Notes under the pieces: generated by a model
What the model was told of the DNA's origin: nothing
The model's database searches: none
What the model saw: the letters and a program-made list of their open reading frames with translations, nothing else
Source of the DNA: Hydrolagus affinis
Taxonomy: Eukaryota
Assembly (NCBI GenBank): GCA_012026655.1
Contig: JAAILG010001027.1
Location: 1-64,000 of the forward strand
Reading direction: 5' to 3'
Length of the DNA: 64,000 nt
In this document: piece by piece, positions 25,446 through 40,769 of the stretch
Position numbering within the stretch: the stretch's first letter is position 1
Layout: the number at the start of each line of letters is the position of its first letter
Program-made: the position numbers and the translations under genes

Positions 25446-28372
25446 AAGCCTAGATCTAGCAGAATTGCTTACACTGGGATTTAAGAGTACAGAACTGATA
25501 AAGCTAAACATGAAACTTTTTTTGGTGTGTACTGATGTATGGGTCTTCTGTTTTTAAGTGACTGGTTAACTTTTTTATACAACCAACCAGAATTTCTTTT
25601 AGATAATTTGTTGTTGGATCCCGTTTGCAGATTCACAGTTCATATATCAACCACCCAGGACTGTTGTACAGTATTATGTTAGGGCGTGACTACAGCAATT
25701 GTGGGGGGAGGGGATAGATCTTGTGTGCCACCTCGTATGAAATATTGAAAAGTCAATGAGTCACACATTATTGATTGCTTTGCTGTTATAGTACTTTACT
25801 CTGAGACTGTTTGGTTGGTTGCTATAAAAAAACATGCTGTTGTCAGCATTTTTAAAAGTTTCTCTATCGGATGGTGTGTGTAAAAGTTGTTTTACATCAG
25901 AAATTGTGATTTATCAGAGAATGTTAATATGAAAGAGCTAATGTATATGTACTTTAGTTGTATATGCTCACAACTGAGCTGAATATTTTAGGTATAAACA
26001 CCAAACCAGGCAACGTTTTAGAAATCAATTTATAGTTGCAAAAAGAATTAATCTTATGGTTGAATGAGTTTTGTCAGTTCCCAGCAAGGCCACTGGATGA
26101 AACGTCTTGGGCTTGAAATCAAAGGGAACTAATTGCTTTCAACTCAGAAGTAATAGTTCTATATTAATATCCCATTTATTCTATATTCGTATAGTGTTGA
26201 TTCAATACTGAAAGGGTGTTAAACAATGTTGAAACCCAGTATAGATCTGGTTTGTGATCTAGAAGAGAATTACATTAGAGAGCAGCTAAATGCCACCTTG
26301 TGAAAAGTGAGACTGAATCACTGTTGTTTTATCACTCTCTCTGTGGTGTCATTACAGTGCAAGTTGAGAAGCTGAAGTCACTCAGCATAAAAACAACTGA
26401 CATCCCCACTTCATGGCTGGGATAACTGTATTTATGGAGAAAAATAGGTTTTAACCATTTTATTTTAATTTTATGTCAACAAATTCGGGTGCAGATTTTA
26501 GCCTTAAGATTTCTTATATTTGCCTTTAAGATAATTCATTTGTATTCTGCTTATGTGCTAGTTAGAGATCTTGCAAGCTTATGATGTCTGCAAGGTCATT
26601 TTTATGTGAATTTTTCTCCCATTGCTTTCTATCCTGACTCTTTGTTGAGAGTACCACGGATATTGACTACCATCTCGTCATTTTCCCAAATGAACTGAGG
26701 CAACCTTGACAAGGACTATTTCAACCATGGGGTGGGAGGGGAGAATTCACAGCAGATTCTAATCTTGTCCTCATCTGATATCCACACACACACATGCAAG
26801 GGCGTTGGATAGCATTCAGAATTGAGAACCTTGGTTGATTTTCTGTACCACTCTATTCTGTTTTCTGCTGTGTTCTGTGCCACAGGGAAGTCTTGACACT
26901 GCCAATAGTGTTCACGAATGGACAATAAGTGGAACATTCTCGAGGCCCAGCAAGTTCTGTAGCTCTTCGGGCTGAGAAAGGGTAACTTCCATTAGTAATA
27001 TTCCCACAGTGATAGTATTGCAGTAAGAGTCAACAGTTCTGGAAGGCTTGGATGTACTCCATCTGTAGCCTTTCCTCATTATCGCAGCTTGGGACACAAG
27101 AATGCAGTCACTGTTCTATGCTCTCTGACTCTCTACTTCTGTGCATTCTGGGAAGGTTGGGTGAATTGGGCAACATGTTAGCACAATGCAATAATAAAAT
27201 GATTTATACACTGAAACACTCACATTTGACTTATGCCAATCTCGGCAGTAACTGAAGCCTGGAAGTGGCATAACATCTTAATGCTGTAGTGAAATTAATT
27301 GGCACACAGGCAGGACTACTCAAATTCTCTGCCAACAAATTACAGATTTCTGTTGCAGCTATCCTTGTAGGGAGCAACCAGCAAATATAGTATTCTTCTG
27401 ACGTTTGCATGCAAGTGACATGTCCCTTTGCTTCCTTGTACGTCTGTCCACAAATGTAATGAGGCATCTGTGCAGCCTCCGGGCCTGTTCTTGTCTCGGC
27501 TTCTCCTCCTGGATCAGATGGCAAACACCTCTTCTTGATGACTTCCAGAAACCAGAAAAACAAATATTGTAACATACTCCAGTCCACTTCTACAACTTGT
27601 TAAAATATTACATGTGAGGCCCTGATAGGAAGCCAGATAGCAATTGGAGTTCTAGAAAAGTTAATTTATCAGCAAATGAAACTCGTGAAATTCTACAGGA
27701 AAAATGTTGACTCCCAGTTACAAGCCCTTATCATCCAAATCCACACCCAAAACTTTTATTAAATCCCACTTCCCTCCTGTTTCTACATCCCTTAATATCA
27801 TTTTACCTTAAGAGTAAGTGGATATGTGTGTCTGTCTGACACCTGCTTATCTCATTTTTGAGCAGTTCAATAATTTTGGCCTATGGGCAGTGAATTTTCC
27901 ATTCTCAGGATTCTTTTTGTTCTAAAGGTTGTTGTGTCATATGCAGCTCTTGTCAAAGTTCCTTTTTTTGCTTGATTCTGTGTATCAAGACCTTTAAGAG
28001 TATTTGTTTACCTAAAGTATGTGGGGACCATTTTATTTGCTGTTATGAAAAAGTATGAAGAAGAGGAACCTAGAAGACTGGACTCCCCCAAATATGCCTC
28101 TGTTCTATGGCAAGTGAAAATTGTCAGCAGCAATACATAGTAGCAGGTAAATCTGATGATTTGCTTTCAAACGGGCAATTTGTAGAGCCTTAAACAAAGG
28201 GAGCTCTGATCGAGTACAATAACCTAGGTCTACTTTAGTACATTTTCTTGAAATCCCTTTTTTAATGTTTTTTTTTCTCACACACAACAAAATGCCAGGA
28301 ATGAATGAGGAAATGCATTATTAACATTTTGAAAATATTGTTAAAAGTCACGAGTTATTCATACTGGTGTAA

Positions 28373-28431
28373 AACAACAAAATTACATTTATAGAACGCC
28401 TTTCACCTCAGGAGGACGTCCCAAGGCGCTG
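28373..28431 (-). mobile_element. L2-clade 3' tail (family A), ~60 nt
   Basis: AACAACAAAATTACATTTATAGAACGCCTTTCACCTCAGGAGGACGTCCCAAGGCGCTG. Confidence 0.9.
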
Positions 28432-31400
28432 AAAAGGCTTTGAGGAGAGTGAATTTTATTAAGACTAGTTTGCTTTCAAAAACACAGTGATTCCGTTCAA
28501 TTCTCGACATCTGGGTGGCTCAGTAAACGTTTCACAAAAGGAAAGTTAGAAATAAATCATTTGTGTTTTCCCCAATCGTTCTGTGGTAAATTAACTAGTT
28601 GGCCCTGGCTTCTGCAGTCCTGAGGTATGGCAGAGAAAATTAGTCTGAATTCCTCCTCTCCATCTCAACCAATGACTTGTTCTGGAAAACATACATGAAT
28701 TGCCAGTGTGGCTGTGATGCTTCCCCTGATTCAATAATATGTTTTGCAAGATTCTGTTGTTCTTCTTAATTTGCCATCAACAATGGTATCGTCACCTTAT
28801 TCCACTTCCTACAATACAATCCTAATGGTTTCTGATTGATGTCTTCTTTTCTTTAGGTCCTCCCTGTACATAACTGCCTTGTGTTTTGTGGTCAAAACTG
28901 CCAAACCTCTTAGAACCTTTGCAGACAGCAAAGAAAGGAAACTGGGCCAGTGCGTGCCTGAGCACTAAGAGAGTACAGAATACTGTAATAACCCGCATTG
29001 CTACTCAGTCTTGCCCCCTCCCCCTTTCAACCTCCCACACACAGGCGTTTGTAATGCCAAATAGAAACAAGATTCTTCCTATTCCATCTGCTGTTTTTGT
29101 TAGAGATTTGAACTTGGTCTTTTCCAAAGTCACTTCTTTCTCTGCTCGTGACAGTTTGTAGCATAGAAGATTTGGCATCTGGAGAAGTGTTTTGTGTTGT
29201 GTCTCCTCTGCAGTGTGAAAGAGGTACCTGCTACAGTATTTTGATTTTAACTCCAATAACTGCACATGCAAACTGAAAGCTCAAATTGTTTGTGTACCTT
29301 GTGGATCTTGGTGAACCAAAAGATACATAGTGAATAATATTCCTTCTGGAAATTTAATTATTGTTATCAAGATAATAAAAGATTTCATTATGGTAATCTT
29401 AATTCATTTTCTGTTTATTCAACATGATTGTGGTTTACAGTTATCACAATAGAGGAAAAACAGAACCTATGATCATTGAATTTTACATATCTCAATTTAT
29501 TGCTTTATTAAGGCATTGTGATATTATGTAGAATAGATAAATAATCAAGTCGTAAAGCTAACAATGTTTCTAAATTATATGTTGGACCCTAACACTGAAA
29601 TGTAGCCTTTTCACTTGAAACAAAGCCTTAAATTGATCTTAACCATTGAACCAGCTACAATGCCACCATTATTTTACATTTCAGTCTTAAAGACAAATAT
29701 TTTACTATTGAATCTTATAACCATAATCTTGTTTATTACTATTTCAAATAAAGAAGTAAAATGAAATGATAAGTTCATTTGATAGATTTGTTTGTCAATC
29801 TTGTTACTGTATTTAAGATCAGAAGGTAGTTTTAATTGTTAATAAAATATGCAACAGAATTTACTGCAGCTGTGATTTTTCTAGTATCTTTAAGACTTAA
29901 AAAATAAAATGCAAAGACTATTTTGACTGGAGAAAAATTAAAGTAACCTAACCATTTACGTACAATTTTATAATAGATTTTCTTTGTACAATTTTTGCCC
30001 CAGAATATTTGCTGCTTGTGTCCTCTCTATATCCTTCTCTATTTATATTTTAACAGTAGCGATTTTGAATGCAGTGTGTCTGAATATCAGTGCATAATCT
30101 TCTGAACATTTTGTTTTTAATATTCGGTAGTAGTTAATTATTAAAACTAGGTATTTGAATTATAAATATACTAGTTATGCAGTAGTAGGAAAAGCAGCCA
30201 CATAGCCTCAGGCAAATTTCTTCCAGTATCCATTATCCTCCCGCCTTCATTATGCTGCCTCCTATCTTTATGTCTTTTCTAAAAACACAGAGACATTCTT
30301 TCAAACCAACTTCCCCCTCCCCACCAAAACCACAAAACCCTCCTCAATATGTATGGAGGCCATTTCCTTGAAGTGGGATGTCATACTTGTCCTAAATATA
30401 ATAAATTGCTGTCTTCAAGGCATTTCTGCATCTAAAGTACTCCCCCAGAAACCTGCCTGGTCCTTTTGAATCTTCTGGACTGGATGTCAGAAATAATACT
30501 GCAGAAAGCGATATACAAGGAATTATTAACATTGTCAGGAATGAGCCGACTTTAAAAAAAAGCAACAAGGAAAGAAAATGTTGTTGATGTAGCAGAAACA
30601 AGGAGCAGTAAGTGAATAGCAACGTGAACCTCGGTTGCTTTATCATGCTTCCATATAAAACCTAAAGAGGCAGCAAAAAAAAAGTGTAGAAACATGTCAA
30701 GTGGTAAAAGATCCAGGAATGATAAATTCGCTATCCCTTAAGTAACCTGCACTTGAACACAGGAATTGATGCAGGCAGTAATTTTCGGTAAACATGGGGA
30801 GTTTTTGGAAATGCTACATGTTCCAGATATGGTCAAGTGCTGAACAATTAAACTATGACACAAAAACTTCCTACCTACTCTTTTCATAACTATCCTACTG
30901 TAAACATGACTGTTGTTTGAATCACGGTACACAATTCTGCATCATTCAACATTCTTGTAAAAAGGTGAGAGTGCTCTTTACAAAACCGTTCTATATATAT
31001 ATATACACACACCAGAGGGACGATCTTGTAGCATCTTTTTAAGTTATAAGGTTTGTGCAAAATGTTTTATTGTTCATAGGAAATTTTACATTTGGCACAA
31101 TTGCTACTACACTGCTAGTGGGGTGATTTTATTTAAAGCACTCATTTGTGTAACTTTCATTAATATTGTACCGAATTAAAGTGCCTTCTGTCTTCTACTG
31201 GCGTCCTTTCTTGTGTCTCTGCCTTGACCAGTCATCTCCATATTTAATGTCCTTGATTTTAAACATGACAAAGAAACATTTTTGTTGCAAAGCGTTTGAC
31301 GTGTACAGAAATAAACTCATGCAACATGATTATGATTGATACTCACGGTTTTGTCAGCAAAATGTATCATTTGAAAAGTAAACTCCTTAATAGTTGCCCT

Positions 31401-32017
31401 TTTAAAAATAAATCACACGTATAACTTTTTAATTCAAAATATGTTCTTCTCACACAAAAAAATCATAAATGAACATAAGATGAAGATTCACAACTTGACA
31501 TTTGGAAATCATTTGCAGTAAATGGTTCTGAAGGAAATGAAATGCTTTGTATTTTATATTCACTTTCTTTTCATGATCTGATGCATGTGAGGTGGAAGAT
31601 TGGGTGATGGAGATAGCTTCATTGCTTCTCAGAAGAATCAAATGGAGTCCAACAATCAGGAGAAGAAGCTAACATGTTCAGATTACAGTATATAGGTATG
31701 GGTAGATTTTGCTGCTGTTCAGACATCATCTGCTGCCAGAGCTATTCCTTATGCTTGTCAGCTCCCTGCTCTCCTGTAATGTTTAGATTTTTCTCAAAGA
31801 GGAAACCATCCTGCTTTTGAGGGTTTTGCTCATATGGAAACTATCTCATCAAAACCATTGAGGCTAAAAACAATTCCACCTGTAGGGAAAGGCAATGATT
31901 GGATTACTGAAAGGGACATTACAAATAGAAATCAGATCTCTAGCTGAATTTACAGATGTGCGAGGCTTACCAAAGCTTAAGAACCTAAGTAACTTCGGGA
32001 TAAGAAACTATCATCAA

Positions 32018-32125
32018 GCCCACAAAAATATTGTTAATTCACTTACAATATATTCTGTGAAGTTCTTTGAGAAATCTCGAAGACGTCATAAGGCGCTATA
32101 TCAAATGCAAGAATTATTATTATTA
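32018..32125 (+). mobile_element. SINE 3' fragment (9621 family)
   Basis: CCCACAAAA...AAGGCGCTATATCAAATGCAAGA(ATT)n. Confidence 0.85.
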
Positions 32126-33874
32126 AGGCAACTCATTGCAAGCGACTATAAGCAAATTGCTCTGCTAATATTCTGGAGTTGTGAAGACTTTGACCATTCT
32201 CAAAACCTTTGAATTGTTGTTGGGGTGGACTATTTCTAGTGTGTGATCCTTTGATTTGGAAATACATAAATAGTAAAAGTGAATTGTGGGTTAATATTTA
32301 TTTGACACCTAATGACAACAGTGTTTTACAAAGACAGCTACTTTTGTCATCTCTAGTTTTCTTGTCTTCAACCTGTGGTTACCTTCCTCCTTGCCTTTCT
32401 GGGCATTGAGAGATAAACCAGGTCTGCAGGGTTGGCCATCATCATGAGTTAATTGTTTTAATTACTGAAATATCATGATTTTTCACATATCCTTATTTAG
32501 GCTAGGGCATGGTTGTTGTAGTGCTACCATGGTTTAGGTAAGGATGGTCTCAATGTATACTTCCCTCATCAGATATTGATTTGGACAAAAAGATAAATTG
32601 TTTCTTGGATCATTATTTGCTGTTCTATATTCTACCTTGCACAGCTAATGTTGCATTTTCGACTGCTAAAATTCAAGGTGAACATATGGTACAGGGTGTT
32701 AGGTTTGAGAAACATAAAAGCTATTTATTTGATTGGCATCATTTTGATCAAAATGTTTTACTTAACTCCAGCCTCAACCATTTCAATATGAAATTTGACA
32801 TGTTCATCTTTTTGTCTTGTGTTACCAAATCAAGATTGCTTTTTCCATTTCTCAGCACTTACTGCATAATTTACAAACATGTTTTATATTTTACACATCC
32901 CATCATATTTTTGGCAGATTATCTACCATTGGCCTACATGTTAGATAGGTCAATTAGTTAATAGCTTGCCATGTCCAGATAATAGTCGGAACACATTATG
33001 TGATTTTTTTTAAAAAAAAGTCACACAATGGTATGTTCATGTAAATAGCCTGCAGGAATTTTTCAGATTAATGTAATGTTCCAATCATATTTGGTGATTA
33101 ATAAAATGTATTTCTTTGAAACAGATGTTGAGTACAGAGATTAAACTAGAGAAGGGAGAGTTGAAGGGAATGCAAAATCTCACTGTTTATTTGAGGAATA
33201 AAAAATATATTTTTCCTGCCTAGCTGGTTACTCCTCGTCAGTACAGTAAACTTACAAGGAATAATAATGTTTTTTTTTAAAAAAAGAGTGGGCATTATAA
33301 ATTAAACAGCAGATTTTATACAATGGAAAATGTAAGGATGAAATACATCAATAGTTGGAAATTTTAATGTAATCTTATTCAGGCTTCAACTTTCCAGGTT
33401 CCTATAAGTGGAGGAAACTGAAGCTATTTGTTTGCAGATTATCACAGACTGAAGAGCACAACCAGATAAAAAAGCAAAATTCATCCAGTGAGAAATAAGG
33501 AAAACATTTTTTTTAACCAAAGTGGGAAAGCTAAGTAATTCAGATGAGAAATTCTAACAAATTAATTATTAAAGAATAATTTTTAAAAAGTGTTGGCCAC
33601 CATTTAAATAACAATGATTATTTTCGTTTCATTTTGTGCATATAGTACTCTTCTTATAGCACTTTATTACAGTTTCTAAATATATACATTTTACTTCAGT
33701 TCACTATTACACAAGGAGATCATCTGTAGTCCAGCTGTCTTTATTCTTCCCTGTTGTGATAAACTTACTGGGCAAAAGTTGACTTAAAGCCACAACATTG
33801 GATGTTTCTGATAGTTATTGTCACTTGCAGAGTGAAGTAGAACTTTTCAGAAAATCCCAGCAAGGATACACTCC

Positions 33875-33945
33875 AATAACAATAACAACAACAACTTGCA
33901 CATATATAGCACATTTCACACCAGATGGCATCTCGGAGCGCTTAA
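33875..33945 (-). mobile_element. L2-clade 3' tail (family B-like)
   Basis: (AAC)n-TTGCACATATATAGCAC...CCAGATGGCATCTCGGAGCGCTT, similar to the reverse complement of the 60172 copy. Confidence 0.65.
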
Positions 33946-36096
33946 TAACTTGCACAGGACATTCCGGTAATATGAAAATAGAACTACTGCCTGGTGAGGC
34001 TCTGCAGTAGATAAGTGGACTGTGGGGAATCATTTTAAAACCTTTGGGGTTGTCAGAAATAAATGGATCATAGATTCATGGTAAACAATGATATTACTTT
34101 GCTGACACTTTTTCTGATAGGACCAATTATTAAGCTCCAAATAGAAGCCTCTGCCAATGCCTCCTTGCCCTTGGCTCCTATTTTCCGAGATTCAAATAAA
34201 GATCTTAGACTTAACCCAAGATAGTCAAATCCACTTTGATGATCATCCATCCTTATTACTTACTTTACTAATTCAGGCCACTGATTTGTTTTTAATTTAA
34301 AAGCTCCCCAGAAAACTGACTTCAAAACTAAGGTTTTATGTAAGAATTTACTAAATTCAGGATGGTCTAAACTGCTTCTATGAGTAATTCTAGATCCAGG
34401 TGGATTGTTTGTATAATCTATATGAATGTTTACATGGTATTTTACTATGTGATGTATAATACTTTTTATTTAATAATAATAATCAGAAAAGACAAAAGGT
34501 TAATTCAACTTACTTTTGATCTCAGCATTTAGTTAAATGAGGCGGAAATTATCCATTGTGCTACATTTTGTGAAAAAGTCTTTCACAACTTTAGAATTAG
34601 GTATTCAGAATCTGCACTTAACCAGAAATGCAGTATATTACTTGAAGGCTAAAATGCTTAGTGGTATTATAAGTCATTTGGTAATGTAAAGAAGGTCAAC
34701 ACTTTAAAGATTGAATTGCTGTGATCTTGATCCTCTGCTGCAATTATTGCAATAAGATTTCTTGGTAGCTCAGTTATCATTAGTAAACTATCACAATACT
34801 GTTATAATTGGAGTAATGCCGAATAGTCTTAATATAATTTACTTTGTCATTTGTAATGGGAGCAAATCAAAGAGGGGAGAAAAAGTAATGTTTGTATAAA
34901 TGTCATTAATAACTCAAATTGTTCTACATTTATGAAACTTGGAAGGTTATTCATCCTAAAGTCATAGCAAAAAGGAGAATAATTTAAGCAGGATAAGTAG
35001 CATATGCAAATTATGTTAATGGGAATTGGCTTTTCCAATCATATGAAATCACTATCCTATCTTTAGGAAAATGGAGGGTACATTATTTATGTTATTGGAT
35101 ATGATACATTAAGAAATTGTGATAATTAAACTAAAATTTCTATGCAGATTAATTGATAGTAAAATTAATGATCCTTTCATTCAGATGCTGTAAATACCTG
35201 TTATGCAAGAAAATTGTTTCAATCTTGTTTCAGTAATAAGTATTTATCTGCATTTGTGCAGGTAAAAAAAAACTAACACCTTTTTCAATAAATGTTTTAT
35301 GATAATCATCATTAATAAACTTTACAATTACGATCAAGAAACACTGATGATATATTTGTCAGACGTTTATATAGTTATAAATCAACTATGTGTCAATAAA
35401 GTGACGCTTCTATTTTCTATCCACAATAAAAGGAGATCATCATACAGAAATGTTTTAGAAGATAAAATGAATAGAACTGATTTATAGGAAATTAAGATTC
35501 TAATCAAAATGATTTTAATTAAAAAACTGTTAATGCATTGTACTTCCCTGCTCCAGCTTTTAAATTAATGACTCTCATAACTTTTGTATAGGAATCAACA
35601 AACCATAGAGATTACAGTATATTATCCTCATTGTTTTATAGAAACAATTAATGGCAAGTTCAAACAGAGCAATATACCAGGATGTGGTTTATTAATTTTG
35701 CTTTTATAGATAGATATGCAGTCATGTTGCATGCAACTGATATAAAGGTAAGAATTCATGTGTAAATTGTTAGTATAATCTACTATAAGTTTATGAACAA
35801 ATACTTGAACAAGATCTTCAAAACCTATACTTGTTAGAACAAACAATGATCACATTGCAGAAGTCCATTGGAACAAATAAATAATTAATGATTAGACAAC
35901 CAACATTTTATGTATCTGGACTGACAGTATTAGATGTTAGTAGTTGTACTTGTAAAAAAAAAACTACTTTAGAAACAAGACACATTTCAGTATAGATAAC
36001 ATCTTTCTAAAATATTGATTTTTCCATCATTTTAAATGTCTATCCCACTTATTTATTTCATTGCTGTTGTTAGGGCTCTGTGCCATACACTATTTT

Positions 36097-36224
36097 GGAG
36101 TCCTATAACTCAGTAGTTGGAGCACTCGCTGTCAATTCACTTTACAGTATATTCTGTGAAGCACTTTCAGATGTCTCGAAGATGTGATAAGACTATATCA
36201 AATGCAAAGATTATTATTATTATT
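36097..36224 (+). mobile_element. Internally deleted SINE (head fused to tail)
   Basis: GGAGTCCTATAACTCAGTAGTTGGAGCACTCGCT|GTCAATTCACTTT...(ATT)n, junction at 36130/36131. Confidence 0.85.
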
Positions 36225-37140
36225 TCTGGCTGTAGTTGTAGACAGGTGAACTGCTTAAATTTTTGGAGTTCATGAACACCAATGGTGTGCGTGTAAGAAC
36301 CGATTGGATTAACTGACTTTGTGATTATTTTTCGCTCTATCTTCCTGTCTAAATCTACATTTTTCACCCATCCACACCCACAAGTAGCAAATCTGCATTC
36401 GGGCACCCATTACATAGAGAATTACAGGGTTGTGTGTGTGATTCGTTATTGGATTTGCATGTGTTCACTTGTGTATGTTAAAATAAGGGAATGAGCAATC
36501 AATAATCTGAGCAATTAAAATTCCATACTTGTGCAACTGGCAGACTCGTCACAATGTGTTCTCAAATGTTAATGACTATTTGTTTAATGAAAGTAGATGA
36601 GGGGCTCCCCAGTGTCTTATTCGGAGAGTAACACCTGGCTGGATCCTGACTGGGTAAGTGACCAGTAACATTAGATATTGAGCACACGGAAGATGTGATG
36701 GTGTAGTGGGAACACCTGGTTAGATGGGAAATATCCTGTTTCCCCATATTGGACTACACAAACATGTCTGTGAAATTATATTGCATGAATCTTGACAGAA
36801 AAACTAATGTGCCCCAGGGCTTCTGGCACCAGTGAAAGAAATTGTTGATCTGCTACATGCTTGACACAACTAAAATCAGCAATGCATTGTTGGCTGGAAG
36901 AAATGACAGGTCAGCGAATGGAAATAGAATGCTAGCCAACAGATAACTGTTCAATCACATTGATTGCATTCATTTATTAATTTGAATTCATTTAAAGCAA
37001 TCCTCTTTCAATTCCCATCCTGGAAACAGCAAAATTCTTCCAAGTTTTCATTAGCCCATAGAACGATATGAAAAGAGCTGTGTGAATGTACTTTGTTATT
37101 GTTGTTTCCGATTCATGATAACTGTCTATTTTGTGATCTT

Positions 37141-37443
37141 AGGCAAGTTTCCTTATTCTATATGCCTCTGTTTGCCTAACAGTAAGTAGGAACCCACCTG
37201 TTAGTCGATTAGCAAATCGTTTTCGGGGGTAGTAATCTGTTAAAAATAATTAAAACAAATAATTATTTGGTCTCTCAATCCATGGCTCTTTGTGGGAAAC
37301 TGCTATGTGTAATTGGCTGCCGTATTTTGCCCACAAAATATACCGTCAATTCACTTTGCAGTATATTTCTGTGAAGCGCTTTGAGACCACTCAATGTCTT
37401 GATTAGGTCCTACTGTATATCAAATGCAAGGATTATTATTATA
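37141..37443 (+). mobile_element. 5'-truncated SINE (9621 family)
   Basis: Starts at GGCAAGTTTCCTTA, ends TGCAAGG(ATT)n. Confidence 0.9.
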
Positions 37444-40400
37444 ACTTGGGTGTACCTTCTTTTACTGTCAGTAATTTAACAGTTGCCTACAGCACAAGTG
37501 ATTCAGGTGTAGATACTTTATATTGCTTTACATTGGCAAGGCAGAATTATGAGTAAGACCAACACAAAAAAATTGTTCAGCATTTCATTGGAACAACTCA
37601 AGCAGAGGCTGCAAATTGCTCTAAGTAGCTCTTAAACGGTAATAATAGTTGGTCAGACCGGCTGACCTGTCTGAGATCTGACAGATCATTTACACCATAT
37701 GCCTTTACTTAAATCTACTCTGGCTTTTGCCACTTATAGACACCCAAGTTTTCAAATGTTTTTTTTCTTCAAAATGTTTTTGGAATTTTGTGCTTATCAA
37801 AGTGAATTTTGTGCTGTCAGGCTGGGGAATGGAGTAGAATTTAAGTTTTTGTATCTGGCAGTTTTCTTAACACTACTTCTTGCTTACCTAATTCTGGAAA
37901 GTATAAGGTGTAGGTTGGGAAGAGCCAAGGCTTGGGGATGCTAGAGTGTGCTTTGGGAATGAGAAGGATGATGTGATATTTGTCATTTCCTGTGTCCAAC
38001 AGTGGAGAAAAAACATTAAGTCTAGTGCATCTTGCTGGTGTGAAGAACTTTTTGCAGTTTCTGTGAAGTACCTCAGGGTCTTTAGGAAACTGAATGATGA
38101 CCCACCAGACCTCGTCTTTTACTTCTCCATTCACTGTAAAAGTAAGATTATTATCACCTTAGGCACAGAACAGAGTGCAGTAAACATGGCTTGGACAGGA
38201 GTCCAGCATATAGGACATATTTCCTGCCTTCCCCAGACTACATATTACCCAGATTTTCCTGGGAAACCTACCCCTCAGGGCATCATGCTTCTAGCTTCAT
38301 GCTTCATTTGAAAACTAGCTTAGCAAAAAGGAACCAGAAGATAATAATCAATTGAGAACAATTTGGGGGGGCAGGCGATTTGCAGATTTAAACCAAAGAT
38401 TTGTTCTGGTTTCCCTGCTATTCACACTATTCAAGATGCAATAAAAATAGTATGTCCAGTGAACAAAATGAGGATTAATAGCATTCAAAATGATCTAGAC
38501 CAATGAAGCAAATATGCCTGAAAGTGACAAACAGATTGTAAGACAAATAAATGTAAGGTTCTAGGTATGATTATTGATCATTTAGTGAAGATTTGCAGTC
38601 ACGGGGAGGCTCTTGTTAATTAATATAAGAAAACATGACACTAATAATGATTATAAATCAAGATAAGTTATTCTAACCTCATGTTCATCATGTACATATA
38701 AAGCCATATTTGGAATATTGTACCCAGTAATGGACCTTGAAAAGGACATTTAAGCACTGAATGAAGTTCTGATTGTTGGCTTGTTTTATGGAAAGTTTTG
38801 GTTTTGGATAAAGGATTCATGACAGTATGTAAACTTTTAAAAAAGAAATATATCTCCTCTACATTTGACCAGCTAATTTTATTCTCTATATTATTTTGTT
38901 CTGTCAAATATCAAATAGAGTATTTTCATGTTAGCGATATCCCTTTAGTGTTAGATTTTTTATCTTGTTTCTCTGAGGGATTCCAAGCTTTCACACTGAA
39001 ATCTAATGTTTCAGCTTTGAAGTACAACAGTCAGATGAGCATCACATGCTTTTGAGAACAGTTACTTTCTGTTGTCCCATTAAATGCAAAAATGACAAAA
39101 TATGAGACGCTGATGTTCTCCTCAGAAACTTGTCAGACATAGAACACAATTCTTGATCCCTTAGAGATCTCTGCAAAATTTGCATTCTCTTTAGCTCTGT
39201 CATAAGTGTCCACAACATCTTAACTGTGTTTTGTTTGTATTTCTGAAGCTTGGCTGACAGATTTGAGATCCTCGTAGACAGCAGATATAAAACTCAATTT
39301 CAGAAAATCTGTGGCCCTGACATTGCTCCAATTTTAGAGACCACCTTGTGGTGCCTAAACAGGACAGAATGTCAGTCGATTGCAATAACAGACGATTTGT
39401 AGTCTCCCCGACATTCCTATTTCTCCAAACCTAGCATAAAAATCCATAACAAAAACAGGGAAAACAGATCAATTTGTCTACCTGTCTTTTAAGGTTTTGT
39501 TAAAAGCCTTTTTCTGGGCTTCAGTGATACCAAACCATATTTCTGGACCCTTAAGCACACTTCACTTCATGTAAGTTTTATATATTTGGTGCTCAGTGAC
39601 TCAAAAAGGTTGGGGAATCAATATCTGTGAAAATGGCAAAAAAATAAAGCTCCCCGTTTGTGTTATCCTGCTCGTCAACTTCCTAGAATGTTCCCAGGAG
39701 GAAAAATTAACTAAAAGACAAATGAATCAGAATTGGCCCATTAAAATCAAAACATCAGTCAAACTCCCTATTAGCCAAATTTTGATAGTGGCATTTATCC
39801 AGCGATTAGTGAATAAAGAGGTCAATTCCAATGATGTACAATGACTGTTGATTTTGGTTGCAGTGAATTACAAATTGGCAGAACATCAGACAGATGCTGT
39901 TATAATCATGGACATGTTCAATAGGGATGAGACCATTGCAGACCTCTGAATGTGGAAAGGAAGTCAAAGTGGTGACTTGTCCAACATCATGGCAGTCTGT
40001 TGAACTGGTTGTCGCAAATAGACCTTAAACACTCACACATCCCATAGGCATCAGTGAACACCAGTGGGCATTCTTCGGGTTTCACATGTCAAGTGCCTAT
40101 TCCCATCACAAGATGTTTATTTTGGTTTGAACTGACAATGTTTCTAATGTTAGGAATTCACCAGCATCTTAAGATACTCCATGTCTACCTTTACACAAAT
40201 GTCTGACCGCTGAGATTATCTTGTCAGAATATAGTGAAAGAATTGTCAAACATATCAAATAGCAGATTGAGTGTCCTGGGAAACCCAGTGACATCCTTTT
40301 TTAAAAAAAAACCTTCCAGGATATTAACTTTATAGGAACCATATCAATTGTAAGGATTATTATTATTTTATGCAATGCAGTTAGTCCTGTAACTAATTGG

Positions 40401-40579
40401 AATGCCTACTAGGTTTATAGCAAACACTTAGGTTGGGTTTGTGTAGATATTATCTTTAGCTATCTTTATTGTTTGGGATCTCATGATCCTTATCAGACCT
40501 TTCCATCTGAACCTATAGAGATCACAAGAGAAGTGAAAAGCCATGAGATATTTAATGTTAACTGAAAACACAGACTGAT

Positions 40580-40720
40580 AGTCCCTCAGTTTAACACCTC
40601 ATCTGAAGGAATGGCATCTCTGACAATGCAGCACTCCTTGACACTACATTCTGATGTGTGGCTTGAACTTACAACCCTCTGATGCAGTGGAATGAGTACT
40701 ACTGATTGAGCCAGGACCGA
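40580..40720 (-). mobile_element. Ancient DeuSINE (AmnSINE/SacSINE-like) 5' half
   Basis: CCTCAGTTTAACACCTCATCTGAAGG..GGCATCTCTGACAATGCAGCACTCC resembles the Deu core; also similar to 58410 and 60640. Confidence 0.7.
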
Positions 40721-40769
40721 TTGAATCAGAGAAACTGCCTGCTCAGACTTTGCCAGTGAAAATAATTAA

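Noticed and set aside
34768-34812. Faint resemblance to the miR-101 hairpin (CAGTTATCA...ATACTGTTATAATTG)
   Set aside because: Seed mismatched, too short and poorly paired. No conserved miRNA was recognised anywhere by eye.
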